A stretch of DNA of 64,000 nucleotides. Source: Carcharhinus longimanus. Its lineage: Eukaryota. A program made the position numbers and the translations under genes. Below are positions 1 to 12,444 of this stretch, piece by piece. The notes beneath the pieces were generated by a model. That model worked only from the letters and a program-made list of their open reading frames with translations, ran no database searches and was not told the DNA's origin. Within the stretch, counting starts at the first letter, position 1, and each line of letters starts with the position of its first letter. Location: the NCBI GenBank assembly GCA_030264375.1, contig JASCQW010000105.1:54742269-54806268 (forward strand). The letters run 5' to 3'.

Positions 1-950
1 CTTACTTTCTTCATGAGCCTACCATGGGGAACCTTATCAAACGCCTTACTAAAATCCATGTATACGACATCAACTGCCCTACCTTCATCTACACACTTAG
101 TTACCTCCTCAAAGAATTCAATCAAATTTGTGAGGCAAGATTTACCCTTCACGAATCCGTGCTGACTATCCCGGATTAAGCTGCATCTTTCCAAATGGTC
201 ATAAATCCTGTCCCTCAGGACCTTTTCCATCAACGTATCGACCACTGAAGTAAGACTAACCGGCTTATAATTAGCAGTGTTATTCCTATTTCCTTTCTTG
301 AACAGAGGAACAACATTCGCCACTCTCCAGTCCTCTGGCACTATCCCTATGGACAATGAGGACCCAAAGATCAAAGCCAAAGACTCTGCAATCTCATCAC
401 TTGCCTCCCAAAGAATCCTAGGATATATCCTATCTGGCCCAGGGGGCTTAATGACCCTTAGGTTTTTCAACATTGCTAATACATTTTCCCTCAGAACATC
501 TACCTCCTCCAGCCTATCAGCCTGTATCACACTCTCATCCTCAAAAATGTGGCCCCTCTCCTTGGTAAACACTGAAGAAAAGTATTCATTCATCACCTCT
601 CTTATCTCTTCTGACTCCGTGCACAAGTTCCCACTACTATACTTGATCGGCCCGAACATCACCCTGGTCATTCTTTTATTTCTCACGTAAGAGTAAAAAG
701 CCTAGGGTTTTCCTTTATCCGACCCACCAAGGACTTCTCATGCCTCTTCCCAGCTCTCCTAAGCCCTTTTTTTTATTTAGCTCATCCCTTTCTACCTTGT
801 AACCCTCAAGCGACCCAACTGAACCTTGTTTTCTCATTCTAACATACATCTCCTTTTTCCTCTCGACAAGACATTCAACCCCTTTTGTGAACCATGGTTC
901 CCTCACTCGGCCATTTCCTCCCTGCCTGACAGGGGCATATCTATCAAGGA
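1..950 (-). mobile_element. CR1-clade LINE ORF2 (reverse transcriptase) fragment
   Basis: The minus strand near 1-70 reads DVVYMDFSKAFDKVPHGRLMRKV, and REPWFTKGVECLVERKKE occurs near 900. The + strand ORF 277-690 is its antisense shadow. Confidence 0.9.
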
Positions 951-1717
951 CTGAGAACCTGATATTTTTTGATATTTTCTGGCAAGGACTAAACGCAAGC
1001 TTGGAATAACAGTTTGTGTTGCTTCTGAGCTTTCAGTATTTTGTTTCAATAAAATTAGATGGACCCATCCCTGGCCCCTTCCTAGAGACAAGTACCTTCA
1101 CTTTTTTGTGTTTTCTCACTGGCATGTTCTGCGTCAAAAACCATCTTCTGTCCTATTGAATTGTGTGTTTCTATTTCTCAGCAAAGCTTGTGCTCTCAGT
1201 TGCCTATTTTTCTCAAAACTGGCCACTTTTAGATCTAAGTCTGTATGTTCTTTTATTGATTCCAGCTCTATTATCCTTTCAGTACTGCTAGATCCACAGG
1301 ATTTTTTCACATCCCATTTCTCCTTCCTCGATTCATAATTTCGACCTTTCTAATGGTCTCTGCTTTCCCATTAGTCTATGCACAACACAATGCAATAACA
1401 AAGCACCTAATATATGTACTTTTATACTTCAACTGCATTCTACTCAAGCCCCCTTGACTGCTCCAATCCCCCCACATGTTTCATACTGCTATTTCCCCTC
1501 CAGAGCCCTGAACAACTTGTCTGATTTCTAGCAGACACCTCTGCCTCCCACTTCCTTTAAACACTTGTTTTGTTGAGGATACTTTATTTTTTTCCGATTA
1601 AAGTAGATGTTGGTTTGACTCTAGTTGTTCAAAATAATACAAATGGTCATTTTAAAGAAAGTACACAAGGAGCAAAGGCAGATTTGCACTCTTGGGGGCC
1701 CTGCTCTCTGGCTCTTT

Positions 1718-2080
1718 AAGAAATCTGACAACACCCGGTTTAAGCTGAACCAGTTTATTTGATAGTAATCCCACAAGCTTTCGGAAATGGTGTTCCTTCG
1801 TCAGGTGTGTGGAAGGTTCTGATTAGAGGCATATAAAAACACGCACAGTTTACAGAATACTGATTAGAATGCAAGTCTTTGCAGCTGACTTGCTATTCAA
1901 GTCTTAAAGATGCAGACAGTGTGAGTGGAAATAGCATTAGCATAGGTTAAAGAGATGTGTATTGTCTCCAGACAGGACAGTAACTAAGATTTTACAAGCC
2001 CAGGCAAGTCATGGGGGTTATAGATAGTGTGACATGAACCCCAGATCTCTGGCTCTTTGCCAGGGTCTCATTTGAGCCTG
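1718..2080 (-). mobile_element. Penelope-like element 3' end (GIY-YIG C-terminus plus pseudo-LTR)
   Basis: Minus strand 2050-2018 encodes RDLGFMSHYL-stop, typical of the Penelope/Poseidon ORF end. It is followed by a 3' region with a hammerhead motif and the ggtgttgtcagatttctt terminus shared with 48605-48872. Confidence 0.8.
1772..1807 (-). ncRNA. Minimal type I hammerhead ribozyme (Penelope-associated)
   Basis: The minus strand reads CAC-CUGACGA-A-GGAA caccau UUCC-GAAA-GC-UU-GUG. The core boxes are intact, with a 4-bp stem II, a palindromic AAGCUU stem III and a 3-bp stem I. Confidence 0.75.
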
Positions 2081-2209
2081 TNNNNNNNNNNNNNNNNNNN
2101 NNNNNNNNNNNNNTGCTGTCGCAGCTACTCAGTTCTCCACCCCGCATTCATTGGGCAGGGCTCCGTACTGCAGCACTTTGTTTCATTGCAAGTCTGCCTC
2201 TGTACAAAA

Positions 2210-2580
2210 GAAACATATAGAAACATTGAAAGTAGTAGCAGGAGCAAGCTATTTGGCCTTCTAAGCTTGCTTCGCCATTCATTTTGATCATGGCTGATCA
2301 TCAAATTCAATATTCTCATCCCATCTTCCCCTATTTCCCTTGATCACTTTAGCTCCAAGAGTTATGTTTATTTCTTGAAATCACACAATGTTTTGGCCTT
2401 AACTACTTTCTGTGGTAGTGAATTCCACAGAGCCATCACTCTCTGGGTGAAGACATTTCTCCTCACTCAGTCCCAAAAGGTTGACCCCTTATCCTCAAAC
2501 TATGACCCCTTGGAACTCCCCTACCATTGGGAACATTCCTTCTGAATCTACCCTGTATAATCCTTTAAATTATTTTGTGT
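2210..2580 (-). mobile_element. CR1 LINE 3' end, decayed
   Basis: Tail-like agaaacatatagaaacat repeats and the reverse complement of the CR1 3' region (gaattccacag...actctctgggtgaagacatttctcctca). Confidence 0.7.
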
Positions 2581-2613
2581 ATGAAATGAGAAGGAATGGT
2601 CCTGGAAAACATT

Positions 2614-3313
2614 GGGCGCAATTCTCCCAGCCCATTAGAGTTCCTCTGTCCCTGTGGGGAGCTAGGTGGAATGAAGGGGGGCTATGGAAACCCCCCAGGG
2701 TGTCAGAGGTAAGGGGAGGTTCCCCCTGGGTATTGCCAGCTTGGCAGTGTAAGCCTGGCCCCCTGGCACTACCCAAGGGACAAAGTGGCAATGCCAAGCT
2801 TCAGGAAGTACCAAGGTGACTGAGCCAGAGGGAGCTGGGACCCATTGGGGGCAGGGGCTCTGTGTTAGGGAGATCAGACAGAGGGAGGGAGGCCAGTGAT
2901 TGGGATTGGCCGTTGTGATAGGGGTCGGCCTGCCGGAGGTGTGGTGGCTGGGGAAGGGGGGTTGGGATTGTGGCATGGGCATGGTCGCGGCTGGTCCAGA
3001 CACATCCTGGGGGCTAGGGATCGGTGGGGCAGTGATGTGTTTGCTGTGCTGGCCAGCAATCGGGAGGCCAGCAATACAGGGCTCCTGTACATGCGCTGAT
3101 CTCGATGCTGACAGATCAGTGAATGTGCAGTGGCCCACCCAGTGCCATGCTGCCAGCCTCTCCAGCGGGAATAGGCCCCACTCTTTGTTTTTCACAAGAT
3201 TCATGCTCGTGCACTCTGCAGTTTGAAAATCCCGCTTGAAAAAAACCCACTAGAATTTACTCCAATTTTTACACTAAATTGACGCTTTGAATTTTTTTGG
3301 GAAAATCTCACCC
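2614..3313. mobile_element. GC-rich non-autonomous DNA transposon (PIF/Harbinger-type MITE)
   Basis: Imperfect TIRs (GGGCGCAATTCTCCCA against the reverse complement GGGTGAGATTTTCCCA). ATT lies on both sides (2611-2613, 3314-3316). The interior resembles 48975-49767, 51171-52111 and 56421-57114. Confidence 0.65.
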
Positions 3314-3316
3314 ATT

Positions 3317-3465
3317 GAGTCAACTTTAAGGGCATTCAAATGGTCAGTGGATAGGCAAATGGATAACATTGGAATAGTTTAGGTTAGAGGGTCATGAGAT
3401 TGGTTCCACTGGTCGGCGCAACATTGAGGGCCGAGGGCCTGTACTGCGCTGTAATGTTCTATGAG
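3317..3465 (+). mobile_element. CR1 LINE 3' end
   Basis: ggtcggcgcaacattgagggccgagggcctgtactgcgctgtaatgttctatg is a CR1/HER1-like 3' terminus. Confidence 0.7.
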
Positions 3466-5100
3466 TCTGTTGATGTACCATCATACCAGTTAATTAATAC
3501 AACAGTTGCATTGGGCAGAGCCATAAGAATTAGTTTGTGAATTCTGAAGGTTCACTTGAAGTTACTGACTCCCATTATCCAATGCAAATGGAAACATAGG
3601 GAGGAAGTGGGTATACAAAAATTATTCCTGAAAGCCATATAGGGGCTCTATGTGAATTGAATTTGTCAATTTCAACTCCGTTTCCTTCTGGTTCCACTCA
3701 GATTTTCCTTCTGTTTGTCTTTGGGCCATGAAAATATTTTGCTTGTATTGCTTTGGATTATGTAATTGAAATGTTTACTCAAAAGAATTAAGACCCAATA
3801 ATCTCTGTATCTACTATGGCTGCTTTAATTACAATATTAGATGATATGAGGTCTTGCACAAAGGCTGTGAGATTAAATCATTAAATTGAGTAATAATAAT
3901 AGTGAACAATCAGATGAACTGATTAAACTTCGATTAAATGTGCAATGCTACATGTCAATGAAGAGAAATAGGCATGTTTAAATTGCAGGCTGGTTTATGT
4001 TGTAGTGCGATGGGAAATGTTGGTCCGCCCTGTAGATTTGAATTTGTTGGCTTAGTCTTTCATTTTCTTAACTAGTCTTAAAACCCTAGTTTTTTTTTTA
4101 TCCACCTTTGTCCCTCCTTCCCAATTTATCTCTGTCTTCTTGAGCAGCTTTCACTTCTATTGCTCTTCCCACCATGATAAATTAGCGCGGGTTTATCAGA
4201 GCACAGCACCATCACACACCTTTTTGCAGCTCCTGCTGCCAAGTTCATCAAAGACCCAAATGCGACAGTTTAAGAAGACTATTCTCCTTTGCATATATTA
4301 ACTAATTTTAGGTTGTAGCAATTGATTTGGCAGCACCGTTAAGATCAGCACTATGGAGACTGCCAGTTGAATCATTGAAGGTAAATGTGTATTGCCTTTA
4401 GAATTTATCTGAAGAGGTGGGAGGAAAGTTGTGATAATTCACTCAACCGTACCGTTCTGTGACTGTATTGGGCAGCTGTAAAAATGTTTGTGATGGTGGA
4501 TACACTAGTGTGCCATCTCAGCTTGCCAAGAATTGTTTCTGGCTGCTTCTTCTGAGAGAAATGATTGTCCTGTTTTATGCAATTTTCATTATTTGCAAAA
4601 TAAAAGCAACTTACCTGTGACAATCAAATCCTATGATTTTTCCATTTTTACCTGCAATTTTTGCCCTATGAATTTCAAGTCAAGTCCCAATGAATCAGTT
4701 TACTTTCAAACATTATAAAGAATGATTACAGGCACACTCATGGGCACTAATCAGCCAGATCAAATGTTCTGTAAGGTTGCAATATATTTACTGTAACAGT
4801 AAAAATGCAGAGTGCAGTAAAAAGGGGAGGGCATCGAGGTACACATTGAATTTAAACATTAATACTTTGAATACAGTATCTCTCTCCATCCCTCCCAGGC
4901 CTCCGATATTGTCTGTTGCTTGGTATGCTAGTTGATCCATGTAATTATTTTGTACATTTAATGCCTTGCTTATTAGTGTGGAATGTTTGTAATAGCTTCT
5001 GATGAAAAAATTAAGTGTTGTACACAGTTTATAAATTGGAATGAAAAAATCACTGACTGCTCTCAGCTTGGGTTTACTGAAATCTTGCTGGCACCGTTTC

Positions 5101-5452
5101 ATAAGAACATAAGAACATAAGAAATAGGAGCAGGAGTAGGCCATCTAGCCCTTCGAGCCTGCCCCGCCATTNNNNNNNNNNNNNNNNNNNNNNNNNNNNN
5201 NNNNNNNNNNNNNNNNNNNNNNNNNNNNNNNNNNNNNNNNNNNNNNNNNNNNNNNNNNNNNNNNNNNNNNNTGGGGCACTCCACTAGTCACCAACCGCCA
5301 ATCCGAATAGCACCCATTAACCCCCACTCTCTGCCTCCTATTTGACAATCAATCCTCTATCCACGCTAACACCCTACCCCCAACTCCATGCCCCCTTACC
5401 TTCTGCAATAACCTCTTGTGAGGTGTCTTGTCAAAAGCCTTCTGAAAATCAA
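5101..5452 (-). mobile_element. CR1 LINE spanning an assembly gap
   Basis: (ataagaac)n tail with aggagcaggagtaggccat at 5101-5170. After the gap the minus strand carries the RT region (DFQKAFDKTPHKRLL-like). Confidence 0.8.
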
Positions 5453-5906
5453 GAAAGAATATCATGCTGAATATCATGAAAACTAAATGTAGAGAACCTC
5501 ACCCTGCCCATTTTAAAAAAAAACATAGCACAGGACTAGAAGTACAGATGGGAGGTGCCAAGCAATAAGATTAGAGCTGCAGGTAAATGACACGCTGGTG
5601 CAAGGTCCTATCTTAATATTATTTAAAGTCAAAACTGCTGATACTCAGTCAGTTATTTCTTTGACATTGGCTTGCATTCTCTGGGTCTGCTCATTAGAAA
5701 TTCTGCATTTCTGCATCAGAGGCACTGTACATCATGTTTAGAATATGCCCTCCCCTTCTTCCTTCAGATGAAGCTATTTTTAGATTCCCATAGAATCTAA
5801 ATAGAAGATGCTGAACGAAGACAAAAACATCTTGCTTTGTACAATCATCTTTGTTCATACGTATGCATTGTATACGCACAATGATCTATTCAGCCATCGC
5901 TTCAAT

Positions 5907-6210
5907 CAGGTGGCACAGTGGTTGGCATTGCTTCCTCAGTGCCAGGGACTCTGGTTTCATTTCAGCTTTGGGTGACTATCTGTGGGGATGTTCTCTCTGT
6001 GTCTATGTGGGTTTCCTTTGGATATTCTGGTTTCCTCCCACAGTCCAAAGATGTGCCATTGGATTAGCCATGCTAAATTCCCCATTAATGTCCATTAGCC
6101 ATGATAAATGCATGGGGCGGAGTGGAGGGCCTGGTGGGATGCTCTTTCGGAGGGTCAGTGCAGACTCGATGGCTGAATGTCCTCTTTCTGCATTGCAGAG
6201 ATTCTATGGT
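5907..6210 (+). mobile_element. tRNA-derived SINE (HE1-like elasmobranch family)
   Basis: ggtggcacagtggttggcattgcttcctcagtgccagggactctggttt head, tcctcccacagtccaaagatgtg core and CR1-like tail. Confidence 0.75.
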
Positions 6211-7494
6211 TCAATCCCAGCTCAACCTTTCCCTCAGACATTATGACTCTGGTGTTTACCTTCATGTCAAAAGAAACCAGTATCAGCCTGGGACTTAGTC
6301 ATGAAAGTGGAAGACCACGTGTAAAACTGCCCACCTGTCATCCTGAATTACACATTCAATTAAAATAGACTTAACTACTTAGTATGTAGATAGATTTATT
6401 GTGGAGGTAACCTTGCAAAGTCAGTACTTCCGTTTGTGTGGTGCTCAATTATGTTGTTATATATTCAACATAGTATATTGTGACTTAATTATTTTAAAAT
6501 TTATTTCCAGGGCCCCTCATTAATTTCATGAATTGAAGAAGGTCTGGAATCTTTAGTTATAAGGAATGAGCAATATAGCGTTGCTGGTAACTTCTTTGCT
6601 ATGATGTCAATATCTGCCATGTACTCCACCTGAACGCAGCAGGTGAAGTGTTGTTTGATCTCAACGTCAATCTGCAAAGGTATGGTTTTTATTGGCATTT
6701 TATATTTCTCTTTTGAGTTGCAAGGTTAGATGTATTGGTGAGAATTTAAGTGTCATGTGCATGTTGCTTCAAAAGGCAAAAAGGAAGACGCATAAGCAAA
6801 TTTAAAAGCTGAAAGTTGGTAAAAATGAGTCACTGAAATGGTTTGCCTATTTGTGTTTTAGTCTATAATTTGGTAACTAATCTGAAATGGGAACATACAC
6901 TGAAATATTGCAAATTCACAGTGGACAACACTTCAAAATGTGTTTAATACATCTGAGGCATTTTTAAAAAGCAATATTTTTTTAAGTAAAAATAATCCTG
7001 AATTCTCAACACAGGTATCAAAACATAGTACAAATAACCATTATTTAGCCATACATTAGAAAGAAGTAGAAAAATAATTGACAGTGAACATTAAGCACAG
7101 TTCTCTGTTAATTCATTCTGATTGATCTGTATTTAATTTTTCCGTGGTGAAATGTTCCATTTGAACTACTAGGTATCAAGATTGCTGTACTATTAGCAGT
7201 GAAATATGTAAACTGTTCTTGAAAGTAACTTGGACCTTAAAATCTGATTTTTTTTTTATGTTTTGTTTTCTTAAATGCCTTGAATACATATCAACCAAAC
7301 GATTTTCAGTTGGACATGATTCCCTGTTAATGGGCATTCAGAAAGATATCCTTTATTTTACATCACTATGTCTGTTTTTGACAAGGTGGTTGCTTTCATT
7401 GAAAAATAAATAAAATTAATGGATTCTGGAAATATGAAGCAAAAGCAGAAAATTTGGGAAAGGGTCAGCAAGTTAGGTGTAGCAGCTAGTTTAA

Positions 7495-7749
7495 AGTTCA
7501 TTTATTGGTGTCAGAATGAAGTTGCCACAATCAAGTGCTGGCTCGGGTACACTGAGGGAAAATTTCGCATGGCCAATGCACCGAACCAGCATGTCCTTCG
7601 GACTGTGGGAGTAAACTGGAGCAGCCGGAGGAAACCCACACAGACATGGGGAGAATGTGCAGACTCCACACAGACAGTGACCCAAGCCAGGAATCAAACT
7701 CGAGTCCCTGGCACTGTGGGGCAGCAGTGCTAACCACCGTGCCACCATG
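7495..7749 (-). mobile_element. tRNA-derived SINE (HE1-like)
   Basis: The reverse complement begins ggtggcacggtggttagcactgctgccccacagtgccagggactcgagtttgattcc (A/B box-like). Confidence 0.8.
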
Positions 7750-8511
7750 TCAAAAAGCTAAGTTAGTACCTGCAATTTCCTACAAAAGTGATATAGATGA
7801 CGAATGCCTTAAATTAGAGCAGAAAATACATTAAGATAAACATAATGGTGCTACTGACTCAAAGTCAGTGCCAGACATCTGTGCTTTTACTCGGCTTTTC
7901 TCATTATGGTGCATGGCTCTGAAAACTTAGTCACATAGACGAATGGAAGTTACGCAAGGAAGTTTTACAATGTTGAGAATGCCATGTCAGCTACTGAAAG
8001 TGTGAAAAAAGGTGATTTTTTTGCTGTTAAATTAGACTGGTACTCTGTCTTAAGAGAAAATTATATTGTGTGGTTGAATAGAATTTTTGGCCCTGGGGTA
8101 AGGAGTGAAAGAGAGATATTGAACAGAAGTTCAGAACAGTGACAGTTTTTAATGACTGCTGCTTGTCTTTTTCATCACGTCCTTTTCCTAGAACCTGTAT
8201 TGTATAAGAATCAATTTGAATCTAATTATATTCCTCCCAATGCACTCTATAACTTGGATTCTGCAATAATAAACTATTTAGTTGTACATTATTTTGATTG
8301 TTTGTAACTTTGTGCAGCTTATGACATTTGAAAATCAACCCATTCTTGATCCAAGTTTAAGCCATTTGTTACTTTTGTCTGAAACTTTTTGATCTAGGGA
8401 GGTTTGTGTCAAATATTGTGAAGTTTTTCATTTTCTATTCTAATTCTCTAACAAGACTTTATCTTAAATTTTGAGAACTTATTCTTGTTCTTTCCTCAGA
8501 CATATCAAAAC

Positions 8512-9549
8512 ATGGGAAATTCAGAGAGTCAGAACGATAGCGAACGAGCATTTTCTGGAGATGAGCGTGCAGGCCTGACACGCAAGCACATGTCTCGATC
8601 ACTTCGTATTCCAACTAAAACCTCACGAAGAGCCAGGCCTGCCTCTGCAGTCAGGATTACGCACAGAAATTCTGAAACCAGCACTAAATCTAGCAGCACA
8701 CCCAGCATTCCACAATCACTGGCCCGGGATGGTCTGGACATCGGTAATCCCGGAGACCTTAATAATGTTTTGACTGAAGACTTTACTCACCCGTCTTGGG
8801 TTGGTAGAATGGGTAAAAATGTAAGGCCTGTGTCTTATCATACAGGCTCTTCGCTTTCCAATGCCAGGAGGAGGAGTGCTGTACAACCACAACGTTCTAG
8901 GGATGAACTTGACATTTGCTTGGACAAGCATATTGTCCAAGATATAGAGAATTTTGATGAAATTGGATTAGAGTCTGCTTGCCAGGCAAATCTTGGAGAT
9001 CTGCATCTAGTTACTGGAAATGGAACAACTGTTTTAGAAAGCACAAATATCAGGAAAAAACGTTCCAAATCTGCTGACATGTGGCGCCAAGATAGTATGG
9101 AATTTTCCTTGTCTGATCTAAGCCAAGATCGATTAACAAGCACGGAAGATCTGTTGGATAATAATGATGACAAGGACTATGCAGAAAGTAGGTTAATAAA
9201 TAGTAACTCCATGGACTTGGAACAACTGAGTGGAAACCAGCGAGCTAACTCTCTAAATGAACTATGCGGTCAGAAACTAACTGGTGCAAGCATGAACAAG
9301 ACACGGAGAAATAGATTTATGACTTACTATCGGAATTTAAGGGTCCATTCGCATGGCACAATGCTGCCAGAAAATACACCTGCTGTGACATGGTCTGCTG
9401 GAGGAGATGCAAGTATATCTTCATATGCTGCCTCTACACTTCCCTGCAGGAGGTCCCATTGCCTTTCTGAAGGAGCCTCTAAAGGCCGATTAAGCCACAT
9501 TAATGATGAGAGCAGAACTACACATGTCAGAAGGTCCAAAACAACACAG
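8512..9549 (+). CDS. TIAM1: TIAM1 first coding exon (N-myristoylation motif, PEST/regulatory N-terminus)
   Basis: Acceptor tttcctcAG ends at 8499. ATG at 8512 in aaacATGG. Encodes MGNSESQ...RKHMSRSLR...KSSSTPSIPQSLA...KKRSKSADMWRQDSMEFSLSDLSQ...TLPCRRSHCLSEGA...SKTTQ. Donor CAG|gtaatg at 9549/9550, phase 0. Confidence 0.95.
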
Positions 9550-10946
9550 GTAATGCATAGGATAAAAGGTAATGTTAGCTAGCTTTTATTCAGTGGTTAA
9601 ATAGTACAATAAATGGTAAAGGTTAATTGCAAACATTTGTAGGATAATAGTTTGATGACAAATAGTCAACAGTATTCTGAAAATGAGGGTTTGCCATTCA
9701 ATTTTTGTCTTATCTAGCTGTGGCCAGAAAGACCTTCAAATAGATTTTAAAGTGCTGAAGTTAATTAACATTTATCAGTATGCAGGTAATTATTCAGCTG
9801 CAGGAACAACCTTATGTGTGTTCTTGCAAACTGCAAATCCTTACCTCTGGCTAGTTAATTATATAACTGTGCTGTTGGACAGCCTGAAATGAATTTATAG
9901 AATACCTGTGATGTAGAATGATATTTGGTACTTGGACTGCTGTTATGCATATATAGTTTAAAGCTGATTTCATGTCAAGATAATCTAATCAAAATAACTT
10001 TGCAGTATACAACTGGCAGTTGAAAATAAATGGACAATCAGAAGCTATGTATGCTCTGCTTGTGAACTATGAATGTTGTGTTTCCTCACCATGAAAGCTC
10101 CCAACTGCTATACGTTAAAACCCCACAACTTAAAATTGTCACAAAACAATAGTTCAGGAAAATTAATTTCTGCAACCCACATGCACCTTAATCAATCATC
10201 ACCCCAGTTGAGGAACTCTTGTCACCAAACTTCCTGGATTTGGCTATATATTACTCTTTCTTCCTCCTTTTGTGGGAAGAATTTCCAGGTATCAGTTCTG
10301 CAATTGCAGTGCCCCATTATCTTATGTCATAGTTTAATTATGCAGAATCTCCAACCTCTGACCTACACCTATAGCCACAGTATTTATATGGCTGGACCAG
10401 TTCAGTTTCTCTTTCTGATGCTTAATAGCTCATGTTGAAATCGTTAACGTTCAGGAAAGATATCTGTTTATGCGACCCAGATGTGCATAATCAATGGGGG
10501 TTAATCCCCTTTGTTAACCCTTTAAGGCTTGTTAACCCTTTTGCTTGCGGGAGAGTGGGGGATGCATATTTCTTTTTTTTCCTCACTTAAGAGGCAATGA
10601 GCAATTTTTAGAAAGATGAGGTTTGACACACCATTAAACTGAATTTTAAAATTGTGGTATTAGGAAAATAAACACTTGCTGAGCAAAAACAAAATAAGCA
10701 AATAATTAGCTGATGAGGTTAAAAAATTTAAATTTAAGAGAAATTAATAAAAATAACCAGAGTGTGAGAGGGTCAGTGTGTGTGTATACTGGCTTGGTGC
10801 TCACTAACTCGTCCACGCCCACTGTGTATTGGTGCGAGTGTGAGTTGCTATGTGGTGATGAGAGTGAATGAGGAGCCTGAGACTGGGAAGCAGACATGCA
10901 TATGGGTCATGTGTGCGCACACGCACAGCACGTGCATGCATACACA

Positions 10947-11095
10947 CATTGGCTGTGTTAAATTGCCCCTTTGTGTCAGAGGGACTAACAAGGGTAAATA
11001 CATCAGATCACGGGGATAGGGCTTGGGTGGAATTATGGTAGGTGCAGGCTGAATGGCGCCCTTCTGCACTGTAGAGATTCTATGATCCTATGAAC
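10947..11095 (+). mobile_element. SINE 3' portion (HE1-like)
   Basis: attggctgtgttaaattgcccct...ccttctgcactgtagagattctatgat matches the 3' half of the copies at 5907 and 55097. Confidence 0.6.
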
Positions 11096-11699
11096 CCCTA
11101 TTGGGAGTGCACCTAGCTGAATATAAGGTGAGAATAGTATCAGGTTCAGTTGTGGTGGCTCCTGTAGTCAAAACAGTCAGTCAAATGTCACTCATTTATT
11201 TTAAATATTAATGAAGCAAATTAGGCAAAAGAGAGTTGCTGCTATCCATGGATTACTGGAAGGAGTCATCATCCTAGGAAAGGAAATGGGAGGAAGAAAA
11301 ATAACAGGCAAAATGTCCCAAATGTTGGTAATTTATTCAGGGAAAGGGTGAGAGGGAATGTACTTGGGATGGAGGCAAAGGCTAGAAAAATACTGTTTTT
11401 GAATATTTTTGATTGTGAAGATTTTTGACTGCGTGTATACAAGTTGAGTGCGGGTGTGGAATAGTGACATCTTGAACTGAGAATGGTTCAGGTTAATTGT
11501 AGCAGCAGCAGCAATCTCTTGCTGGTGTTTTTGTGAGGTATGTGCTTTTTTTAGATTGCTGATTATATTTCAGGATAAGTGGATGATGCCTGGAAGTGTT
11601 TGAAACAGCGTTTAAGAAGGAAGGAAGAGTGGGTCCAAGACTAGTATTTTAAACATCATGAAGGGAAATACCTGAAAATTAAAAGCAAGTTATAATTTA

Positions 11700-12010
11700 T
11701 TCGGAGGGGAATTGAAACAAAAGTAGGGAGATTATGCCTTAATTGTACAGTGAAACTATAGCTGGATTATTGTGTACACTATTGGTCGTTTATTTAAGGA
11801 AGGAAGTGAATGTGTTGGAAGCAGGTTTACTAGACCAGTAGCAGGAATGGGCAGGTTGTCTTATGTGAAAAGGTTGGACAGGCTGGGCTTGTATCCATTT
11901 CGGACCATTTCCTCCATCTTGACTCCCTTTTTCTTTTGGCACTCTCTTTTGTCACAATATGAAACTGAGGTGACAATCAGATCAGCCATGAGCATGTGTG
12001 ATGTGCTGAG
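11700..12010 (+). mobile_element. Old CR1 ORF2 3' fragment
   Basis: The translation RFTRPVAGMGRLSYVKRLDRLGLYP resembles the CR1 ORF2 C-terminus (RFTRLIPGMRGLSYEERLDRLGL). Confidence 0.65.
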
Positions 12011-12444
12011 AGGCCTACTTCTACTCTTACTTTAGAGTTTATGTTGAGCAGGTTTGTATTTGAAGGAGAGATGTCTCCAGATATTACTGACACATCTCTC
12101 GAAGATATAGATGACCTGACTATTTTGTTTCCCTGCTGCATAGCCTGGGAAGATGAATGGGAATAATTAAAGTAATAATTAAAATAATTGAGGAGGGATA
12201 GGTTTTGTAAATAGTATTCAAATTAATGTGTTCAAGAAAGAATCAAAATTTTGTCATAATAGGCTTGAGAATAGACTCTGCTGAAATAATTTTCAAACAG
12301 TGTAAAGAAGTGAAAGAGTAAATAAATATCATTGAACTTGTAATTGCCACAAGTTGTATATGGATTATTATTGTTTAGTATCTCTAACAATTGGAAAATC
12401 ATCTGATCAGCTGTAGTTGCAAATTAATGTGTGTTTCTATGTAG

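Noticed and set aside
277-690. 137-aa + strand ORF
   Set aside because: Antisense shadow of a CR1 reverse transcriptase.
2481-3226. Cluster of overlapping ORFs up to 180 aa (likewise 48900-49611, 50529-51770 and 56569-57262)
   Set aside because: These lie within GC-rich repeats where stops are rare; the translations are low-complexity with no domain signal.
7690-7749. tRNA-like sequence (also at 5907, 42070 and 55097)
   Set aside because: These are SINE heads continuing into SINE bodies, with no complete cloverleaf.
8485-9582. ORF-track boundaries of the 365-aa ORF
   Set aside because: The track starts at an intronic TTG and reads through the donor. The real coding exon is 8512-9549.
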